Of a stretch of DNA of 32,000 bases, positions 10,067 through 18,262 are shown piece by piece. Positions within the stretch are counted from its first letter, which is position 1. Each line of letters opens with the position of its first letter. The translations under genes were made by a program, and so were the position numbers. The notes below the pieces were generated by a model. That model was not told the DNA's origin. It ran no database searches and saw only the letters and a program-made list of their open reading frames with translations. Location of the stretch: positions 3,420,001-3,452,000 of the forward strand of contig JAIZWK010000001.1 in NCBI GenBank assembly GCA_021498095.1, in the 5' to 3' direction. The DNA comes from Candidatus Harpocratesius repetitus (GTDB lineage: Archaea > Asgardarchaeota > Lokiarchaeia > Sigyniarchaeales > Promethearchaeaceae).

Positions 10067-10635
10067 TTTTATTTTCCTTTTCATATTATATTTTTAACGT
10101 ATTTAATCAAGTATTCTTACTGGTATTCTTAATCTTCCGTTTGGTTCTCTGCGAAATCGGCAAATAGAATGAGTTGTACAGAAAAATAAGGGGTTTTCAG
10201 AAAGCCTAAATTGCGATCTGCCGCTATAATACCCCATATCCGTTGAAATTTGTGGTACATTCTGCACGCCAGAATCTTTAAATTCCTGCCGACAATATTT
10301 ACATCGTGGAGTAATTCCACAAACTTCCCGACCGTAATTGGAGAACAATATCATTTTTTTGGCCTTCATTCGAAGACATCGAAAAAAAGTTTGTCATTCT
10401 GCGCGTGGGGAACCATTCTGTTGCTGGAAAAGAATGAGTTCTCAGGGTCAAGCCATCTTTCAGAGATATTGGGATGATAAAGACCATTTCAATCGGTACA
10501 TTTATGTGTATCGCTGTTGATATTGATCTTTACCCCATGCCACGAAATTTCGTCTCTCCCCTCTGCTGCCGATGCAATCCGGCCGTTTTTTCTTTACTAC
10601 ATTAGGGAAACTGAAACCGCAGCCAGACTATCACA

Positions 10636-10814
10636 AAGGGAAGAATTGAAAATCTTCTTTAACGAATCAGACGATATGGAAAAGGAGGTTTGGTAAAGTG
10701 TAGCACCACCTTACCAAGTACGCGAATTCACCCAAATTGAACTCGCGGTGAGTACAATGAAGTATGTCCTAAAGAAAACCATCGATTTGTGGAGAACCGC
10801 AATCATCTCTTCAT
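10636..10814 (+). ncRNA. Candidate IS110 bridge/guide RNA region
   Basis: Four hairpins in 180 nt directly 5' of the recombinase: 10640-57, 10690-717, 10721-47, and 10757-814 with a large internal loop. Guide segments not confirmed. Confidence 0.35.
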
Positions 10815-10850
10815 AAAATTGCCGATACTGAGAAAAATCTTGAACAATTT

Positions 10851-12263
10851 GTGGCATTTGGTGTTGGATTGGATATTCATAAAAATTCCATTGCAACTTG
10901 CGTCAATGGTCAACTTTCCTCAGGGGAAATCTTAGAATATAAAGAACACACTTTTCGGAATAATTATCCTGGTGTCAACGAGTTATGTGGTTTCTTGCGG
11001 AAATTTATTGCCAAAGCCACTGTTCTCATGGAATGTACTGGCGTTTACCACGTTGCTGTGTATCAAACCTTAACTGAACGCTTTACTTCACGAAACAGAT
11101 GCATAATTGCAATGAATCCTTTACTGGTTCATCGAAAGATTGCAGATCTGGGAACGAAAACAGACAGAGCTGATGCAAGAACCCTCTCGATTTTGGCACT
11201 CTATGGTAAATTATTACGTCCCAGTTATGTAGGCACCTCAGAATTCTTTGCAACACGGGATCTGATGCGTTCATACCATAAAGCAAAATCACGTTGTACC
11301 CAATTTAAGAATCGCCTGCACCGAAACCTTCACTTAGCCAATTAGAAGTTCTCTTTTGATTTCTCGACGAACTGGGGTATCACTTTTTTAGAGCATTATA
11401 TCTCACAAGATTGGTCACTTGGTGAGTGTTATGAGGATTTACTTAAGAATTTAGAAGCAGAAGGAAAAGGTAAGGTTCTTAAAAAACAAGCGGAGGAAGT
11501 TGCCATTAATGCGTCTGTTACACTCACATCATTACAACGAACCCTAATTCAGATGGATCTGATACAGTTACTTCAAAATCAACAAGCATGCAGCCTATAC
11601 ATTCAGCAAGCGGAACAAGAGATCATAAGGAATCCTGAACTAAGTCAACAATATCAACGCTTAAGTATTATTCCAAGATTCAGTTCGATTACAGTACTTA
11701 CAGTCCTAACGGAGATTGGTGACTACACCCGTTTTAAAAATTACTCTGCCTTCTCAAAATTCTGCGGTGTGGTTCCAACCATTGAAGATAGCGGAGAACA
11801 TAAATCAAGGGGTCATGTAAACCGATTTACAAATAAACACCTACGAAAAGTGTTAACTCAAGCAGCTGGAGTCGTAATTGGACGTCCTAATCGACAAACA
11901 GATATCGGGGCTTATGCTTTTAAGCAATTCAAACTTCGTCGTTTACCCTTTAAGAAAGCAATGATGAAAGTAGCATGGAAATATAGCCGAATTATCTATA
12001 GTGTCCTTTCAGAAAATCGGGAATACAATCCTTGCTGTGAGTCAATTCAGCGCAAACGTTCTCAACTCGCAAGGAAGATGGCGAAGAAGGGAAGTATTCT
12101 TGAAAGTTGTCGTACACGCGCGGTTCGTCAAGATATTTCAAACATACTTGTAAAATATTCCGAATTATTGAATAGGACCAGTAGATATCATTTAGTAAAT
12201 GGCTTTCACCGCCTTATTCGAAAATCCCAATATCTAGATGGTCAAACAGAATTGGAAAATTAA
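10851..12263 (+). pseudogene. IS110-family transposase/recombinase interrupted by one in-frame TAG (11343-11345)
   Basis: RuvC-like DEDD residues (GLDIHK, LMECTG, KTDRADA) and Tnp domain (TEIGDYTRF...EDSG). ORFs 10851-11345 and 11553-12263 are in the same frame and the 69 codons between them are open. Confidence 0.88.
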
Positions 12264-12310
12264 AAAATGGAAATTTATCTCTAAAGAGGGGCACTACCCT
12301 TCAGGCTAAA

Positions 12311-13207
12311 ATTTTTTTCCATTTTTCAATGATGTTCAATTTCCTCTTTCAATTTTATCAATTTAAGTAAATATTCATAAAAAATTGAACAACAAAAAAG
12401 AAGTATTATATACAAAATTTAAATTTATTTTACTATACACAATAAAGTTGATAAAGAATAAGGTATATTGCCCAGAAAATGTAAAAAAAGGAAAGGGATT
12501 ATCACTTACATATTATGAAGTATAGAAATGAATATTGGTGTGATTGTTATGAAAAAAGGAAGCATTTATGTCTTATTAGCAGTCTTGATGATAAGCGCTT
12601 TTGCTACTGCCCCTGCCGCAGTATTTGCTGCAGAAGATACTGATACCATGAACTATGGTGTTGGTTCTTTGGTGGTCGATTTAGACCCCCAAATGGCATG
12701 GGACAGCGCTTCAATTGATGTTATTGATCAAGTCTGTGAAGGATTGTTTGGCTATAATTTAAGCGATCCTAACTTAGCCATTATTCCAGTTCTTGCTGAA
12801 AGTTTAGGAACTTGGAATGCTGACGCCACTGAATATACTGTCACCTTAAAAGAAGGTATTACCTTCCACGATGATACTGCTTTTGATGCAAATGATGTCA
12901 AATTCACTTTTGACCGATTGAACTATTTAATCGAAAATCGTATGACTCAAATTGCAGAATTATATGAACCTTTAGCCTCTCTTTATCCAGGTACTCCCTT
13001 ACTTATTAATGAAATTGAAGTTATTGATGAGTATACAGTTAGATTCCATTTAAACTACCCATATGTGCCTTTTGTGGCTTTATTATGTTTCAGTGGTTCA
13101 TATATCTTACCTGATGGTGGTTCTATTCCTGCTGAAGAATTATTAGATACTGCAACTGATGTGTTAGTTGGAACTGGCCCATACAAATATATTGAAAAAA
13201 CTAATGA
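12311..13207 (+). repeat. ~900-bp near-identical block, copy 2
   Basis: Matches 4090-4986. Confidence 0.85.
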
Positions 13208-14519
13208 ATATACTAAGTTGGAATACTTCGCTGATTGGCATGGTGAACGTCCAGATCGATTCATGAAAAACATTATTTTCTTATTATACTCCGATGAAAT
13301 AGTAAAATGCCAAGATTTCCTTTCTGGAGACTTAGATTGGGTTGATAGAATTTTACCAGAATTCTTACCTCAATTTGAAGCTTCCGACCAATTTGTTGTT
13401 AGTGAACCTAAACGAGGCATTGTCATCCTTTATTTGGGTATGAACAACAAAATTATTAACAAAACAATGCGTCAAGCAATCAGCTACGCCTTCGATTACG
13501 ACTTTGTTATCGATAACTTAGCACTAGGCAATGCTGCTCGATTAACCTCACCTGTACCAGAAGGTATCATGTATCACAATCCAGACCTTGATTATCCTAC
13601 CAATAATGTTACTCACGCTCGACAAATCTTGATAGATGCTGGTATCGTTAATGGAACTGTTTATCCCGCAAATGATGATTTTGCCTGGTATACTTTAGCT
13701 ATTGATAATCCAATTGCAACCTATAATTACACCTGGAACGATGGAAACGAATTCCGACAAGATTTAGGTAGATTGTGCCAAGATAACCTCCGAAAAATTG
13801 GTATCCAAATAACCTTCAATCCTATTACCTGGGGTGAATACTTAACCTTATTATTTTATGAGCCTTGGAAATTAGAATTGTACATGTTAGGTTGGGGACC
13901 AGATTACAATGACCCAAGCAACTATATTAATCCATCGTTCTCACCAACTTCTTCATCAAATTTTGCTCAAGTAGATGATACAACCTTGAACAATTTGATG
14001 AACGATGGATTGACTGAAACCGATCCAGATGCACGACGTGATATCTATTACGAAATTCAACGATTCATTGTTGAAGATTTAATGCCATGGATATTCTTAT
14101 ATGTGCCTTTAACCCAAGAGATTCGCCCTGTCTATATAGATGGAATTCAAAGTAATCCAATGGGTAAAATATATTTTGCGTCAATGTTTTGGACAGGTAT
14201 TGGAATGCCACAAAATGATACAACGACGGATGATACAACAACGGATGACACAACAACGGATGACACAACAACAGATGATACAACAACGGATGACACAACA
14301 ACAGATGACACAACAACAGATGATACAACAACGGATGACACAACAACAGATGATACAACAACGGATGACACAACAACGGATGGTGCGACAACAAATGATG
14401 AAAATCCATTTGAAAATATTATTATAAATATTCCAGGATATGTTCCAAATATTCTCGGATTAGTTACATTAGTTAGTGTAGTGGCTTTAATATTAAAAAA
14501 CCGCTGTCGATCTAGCTGA
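12528..14519 (+). CDS. ABC solute-binding protein, family 5, Loki-CTERM-like anchor; paralog 3 (mosaic)
   Basis: Same motifs as paralogs 1 and 2; long TTTDD linker; ends NIPGY-TM-KNR. Likely start is the ATG at 12549. Confidence 0.92.
   Translation: MNIGVIVMKKGSIYVLLAVLMISAFATAPAAVFAAEDTDTMNYGVGSLVVDLDPQMAWDSASIDVIDQVCEGLFGYNLSDPNLAIIPVLAESLGTWNADATEYTVTLKEGITFHDDTAFDANDVKFTFDRLNYLIENRMTQIAELYEPLASLYPGTPLLINEIEVIDEYTVRFHLNYPYVPFVALLCFSGSYILPDGGSIPAEELLDTATDVLVGTGPYKYIEKTNEYTKLEYFADWHGERPDRFMKNIIFLLYSDEIVKCQDFLSGDLDWVDRILPEFLPQFEASDQFVVSEPKRGIVILYLGMNNKIINKTMRQAISYAFDYDFVIDNLALGNAARLTSPVPEGIMYHNPDLDYPTNNVTHARQILIDAGIVNGTVYPANDDFAWYTLAIDNPIATYNYTWNDGNEFRQDLGRLCQDNLRKIGIQITFNPITWGEYLTLLFYEPWKLELYMLGWGPDYNDPSNYINPSFSPTSSSNFAQVDDTTLNNLMNDGLTETDPDARRDIYYEIQRFIVEDLMPWIFLYVPLTQEIRPVYIDGIQSNPMGKIYFASMFWTGIGMPQNDTTTDDTTTDDTTTDDTTTDDTTTDDTTTDDTTTDDTTTDDTTTDDTTTDDTTTDGATTNDENPFENIIINIPGYVPNILGLVTLVSVVALILKNRCRSS
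14220..14399 (+). repeat. 15-bp coding tandem repeat (TTTDD x10 + TTTDG + ATTND)
   Basis: Unit ACA-ACR-ACR-GAT-GAY repeated; counted from the DNA. Confidence 0.95.
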
Positions 14520-14820
14520 TTCAATGGATATCATAACATTTCTTTCATCAGTCTTTAAGGTTATATTTTTAATTTATAAAAAATAACCTCCTTTTTTCTT
14601 TTTGTAAAATCCATAAGCTATCCATGATATTAATTTTAATATTTTTTAAGATTATGCAAGAAAGGCGTAATTAATAAACAGACAGAATTGTTTTCCACTT
14701 TTTCTGGTTCAATCGTAATTGCTGGTTTCGGTAATACTGCCGAAAATTTAAAATATATGCATGCAAATAAAATTGAACAAGTTTCATTATCGACTTGTAA
14801 TTTTTGTAGGATGTATAGAT

Positions 14821-14949
14821 TTAATGGAGCATTCTAAAGCTGATTTCTTCAAACCATCGTTTTTTATATGTTTTTAAAAGCCATCGGCTCCATCGGACTT
14901 GATTTTTATAGGGTAGAAGCGTTGTGAAAAATATTTCAATTTCTTCCAT
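14821..14949 (-). pseudogene. Remnant of an ISH3/IS4-type transposase (third catalytic motif)
   Basis: 42-aa frame MEEIEIFFTTLLPYKNQVRWSRWLLKTYKKRWFEEISFRMLH aligns with IYGLITTIAP...LIKRYYKMRWQIETAFR of the intact transposase at 8702-9967. Confidence 0.5.
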
Positions 14950-15304
14950 AGTATGTTTGAAAATTATTTTATTCTTAAGGAATTTTTATTGAATTTTTTA
15001 GGTCGATTGAATTTATGTAAAGTTAAAACTAAATGCATATAATCCTGTAACTATAAGATTTATTTCGTTCTTATTACGAAACTTTGAAATACAATTTTAT
15101 ATGGATAAAAATTGTCAAAAGAATCTTAAAATAAAATTTATTTCAAATAAGATTCAATATACTACTTGATTTACCTGATTAAATGAATGTAAAAAATGAT
15201 ATTTTTTCTTGATTCTATCAAAATTTAAAAACTTTAGAGAACAATGGGAAAAAAACATATAAAATTCGCAACAAGATTGATAACATTTAGGTATTTAATT
15301 TAAT

Positions 15305-18136
15305 TTACTTTCTTTTATTTTTAATCACATTTACAACAGAAACAACTGCAATTGTTCCAATCATTGAAAATATGATATTTTCAACAGGATATCCTGGAAT
15401 ACTCGACCAATCAAGATCATTAAAAGGATTATCAATTGAATTTGATGATGAATCTGAATCATTTGTATTTGAATTAGGGGATTCTACAACTGTTATTTCT
15501 AAACTGAATGAACCAGCGTCTCCATCACTATCAGTAACAAATAAAAATACAGTATAAATACCTGGATTGATATATGTATGAATTGCATTTTGTTCATTAG
15601 CAAATGATCCATCTCCAAAATTCCATCTATAATCCAGTGGATAGTCTCCACCAGTAGTCCTATCATAGAAAAACACATCTGTTCCTACAGTTACAACGGA
15701 AGATGAAACAGAAAATGCTACAATTGGTTGTGAATCTTCATGAACTGTAATTGAAATGTAAGCATATGCAGTATCACCGTCATTATCAGTAACAGCGAAT
15801 TCAACCGTATAAACACCAACATATGAATAAGAATGTTTTGGATTCGATTCTTCAGAGGTTATACCATCACCAAAATCCCAGTAATATGAAAGAGGAGGAT
15901 CCCCTCCACCAAAATCGCACCAAAACCAAATAATTTCAGCAGGGATTACATATGTTTTAGAAGCACCGATTGAAGCATAAGGTTCATAATCTTCTCCACC
16001 ACTAACAGATATCCAAGTAGATGTATTTGAATAATCACCATCAGAATCCATAACAAGTAAAAATACGCAATATTCACCTTCACTCGAATAAGAATGACTT
16101 ACGTTTTGCTCTGTAGATGTTGTGCCATCACCGAAATCCCAAAAATAAGTGTAAGGAGGGTTTCCACCAGTAGTTTTGTCGGTAAAATATATAACTTCAC
16201 CTACAGCAACTGTAGATGCTGAATAAGAAAAAGCAGCCATTGGTAATAAATCAGAATCTACAGTAATAGAAATGGAAGTACTAGAAGAAAAGCCATCAGA
16301 ATCAGTAATAGTTAAAATCACAGTGTAAATTCCAGGATCAGAATAAGTATGAAGAGGATCCATATCGTTTGAAGTAAAACCATCTCCAAATTCCCAGTAA
16401 TATACATAGGGAGGAAGCCCCCCTTCAGAATAAGCAGAAAAGGAGATTTCTTCTCCTGTAATTGCAGAATATTTAGAAGCTGAAATGAATGCTTTGAGAC
16501 AACCAATAATATAATTATTATCTATTGTGTTATTATATCCATTGTCAAGAAAAGCATCTTGTTGATTCATTACAAACCAATTTTCTTCCATACGGTTAAA
16601 ATTAGATCCAAAAAGTAATTCTACACCATATTCTAGGTTAAAAGATATGTTATTTCTTAAGATAGAATTATTATAGGCACCATCAGATAATTTTAATCCA
16701 TTATTTGAATTATTTGAAATAATATTATTCTCAAATATACAGCTGTTTGAATAACCTAAGGAGATTCCATCTTGATAATTGGATATAATATTGTTTTCAG
16801 AAAAATAACAATTATAAGTATTCCATAAATAAAGACCAATTTTCAAATTTTGATTAATGGTATTATTTCTTATTATGCAATTTGTTGATGTAAGTGACAT
16901 TCCGTTATTTGAATTATTATAAACGATATTCTCAGAAATAACAGAGTTAGTGGAATAATATATCGAAATGCCATTACTAGAGCTAGACACATTGTTCTTT
17001 GAAATGGAAGATTCAGGTGATGTATTAATTTTAATGCCATTATTCAAACAATATTTAATTGTATTATTGTAAATACTGCTATTATATGAAAGAACAATGC
17101 AAATTCCATCAAAAGATGTATTAATACGATTATCAATTACAATAGAATTATTTGAAGAATAAACTCCGATTCCGACCTCTTTAGTATTGAAAATTTCATT
17201 CTTGATTAAAGAGCAATTCTCTGATAAATATATATTAATAACATCTTCAGAACTTGAATTTGAGTGATTTAGAAAGAAATTTCTTAAAATTAGGCAGTTA
17301 GGTGAATTATCAATAAAGATTTCTGATCTTAAATTATCTTTACATGTATTATTAGAAATTGAACAATAAGAAGAAGAGAAAATCCATATTCCGTGTTCTT
17401 TATTATTCAAAATCACATTTTCGATAATATCACAATTATTTGAATTTGAAATAACAATTCCGAATGTTTTTCCATCTGATATTGAATTTCCTTGAAATGT
17501 ACAATCAGAACAATAATTAGCATAAATTCCTGAATCATTGTTATTTACGATTGTATTGTTAAGCATTTTGCATTTGGTTGATGTGTAGATTAAAATTGCG
17601 TATTTATTAAATTCCATAAAATTGTTAGTACATGTACAATTATTTGAGTGTTCAATTACTATTGCACTATTAGTACAATTTTGAATGAAAAGATCTTGAA
17701 TTGAACAATTAGAAGAATAATATAAATAAATCCCATTATATGCGTTTATTATTGTACAATTCTGTATTATTGCGGTTACATTTGAATGATGAATTGAAAT
17801 TCCTGTAGATCCTGATGCATCTATTGTAACATTAGCAATTATATAAGGATCATTTGAAGTTCCGGAACCAGTAACTACATCACAACTACTCCAATCAGAA
17901 TTATTTAAAATTGAAATAGGTGCATGCATGTCTGCATCCAGAGGAGATACTTGCACATTATTGGTACGATTTCTATTGTCTCTATTAATTTTTACATTTT
18001 TGTTGATTTTATAATTGTAGTTTAAGTACACATAGTTAATGGAAATTGAGAAAAAAATTAAAATTCCTAAAATAACCGCTTTAGTTTGAGCAGATTTACA
18101 GAATGTTGTTAATTTATTCATCCTTTTATAAATCAT
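15305..18136 (-). CDS. Cell-surface protein: NosD/CASH-like parallel beta-helix + 4 PKD domains + Loki-CTERM-like anchor
   Basis: Repeated GIxLxxSxNxxIxxNxIxxN units; four WxFGDG...HxY...G.YxV PKD motifs; SIPGYP-TM-KNKRK tail; N-terminal TM. Confidence 0.88.
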   Translation of the reverse strand: MIYKRMNKLTTFCKSAQTKAVILGILIFFSISINYVYLNYNYKINKNVKINRDNRNRTNNVQVSPLDADMHAPISILNNSDWSSCDVVTGSGTSNDPYIIANVTIDASGSTGISIHHSNVTAIIQNCTIINAYNGIYLYYSSNCSIQDLFIQNCTNSAIVIEHSNNCTCTNNFMEFNKYAILIYTSTKCKMLNNTIVNNNDSGIYANYCSDCTFQGNSISDGKTFGIVISNSNNCDIIENVILNNKEHGIWIFSSSYCSISNNTCKDNLRSEIFIDNSPNCLILRNFFLNHSNSSSEDVINIYLSENCSLIKNEIFNTKEVGIGVYSSNNSIVIDNRINTSFDGICIVLSYNSSIYNNTIKYCLNNGIKINTSPESSISKNNVSSSSNGISIYYSTNSVISENIVYNNSNNGMSLTSTNCIIRNNTINQNLKIGLYLWNTYNCYFSENNIISNYQDGISLGYSNSCIFENNIISNNSNNGLKLSDGAYNNSILRNNISFNLEYGVELLFGSNFNRMEENWFVMNQQDAFLDNGYNNTIDNNYIIGCLKAFISASKYSAITGEEISFSAYSEGGLPPYVYYWEFGDGFTSNDMDPLHTYSDPGIYTVILTITDSDGFSSSTSISITVDSDLLPMAAFSYSASTVAVGEVIYFTDKTTGGNPPYTYFWDFGDGTTSTEQNVSHSYSSEGEYCVFLLVMDSDGDYSNTSTWISVSGGEDYEPYASIGASKTYVIPAEIIWFWCDFGGGDPPLSYYWDFGDGITSEESNPKHSYSYVGVYTVEFAVTDNDGDTAYAYISITVHEDSQPIVAFSVSSSVVTVGTDVFFYDRTTGGDYPLDYRWNFGDGSFANEQNAIHTYINPGIYTVFLFVTDSDGDAGSFSLEITVVESPNSNTNDSDSSSNSIDNPFNDLDWSSIPGYPVENIIFSMIGTIAVVSVVNVIKNKRK

Positions 18137-18262
18137 AGTAAAATCACAGTTTTGATCGATGGTTACTTTTTTGTAATATTGTAATATAAAAAGCTTTCCT
18201 TCAAAATTTTCTCACGACTTACCCGATATTTTTTACGAAATGAATTCGTATTCTATATACAG

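Larger units (their letters stand above)
10100..12310 (+). mobile_element. IS110-family element (ends approximate)
   Basis: DEDD recombinase gene inside a segment visibly more GC-rich than its flanks; right boundary set by the start of the duplicated SBP promoter at 12311; no TIR/TSD seen, as expected for IS110. The left end is only inferred from composition. Confidence 0.6.

Noticed and set aside
11343-11345. Genome-wide TAG recoding
   Set aside because: gdhA (28178) and the bactofilin-like gene (29687) end on TAG at their expected C-termini.
14065-14524. Gln/Met-, His/Leu- and Val/Ser-rich ORFs
   Set aside because: Alternative frames of the TTTDD minisatellite, which contains no stops; not a CRISPR array (15-bp units, no spacers).
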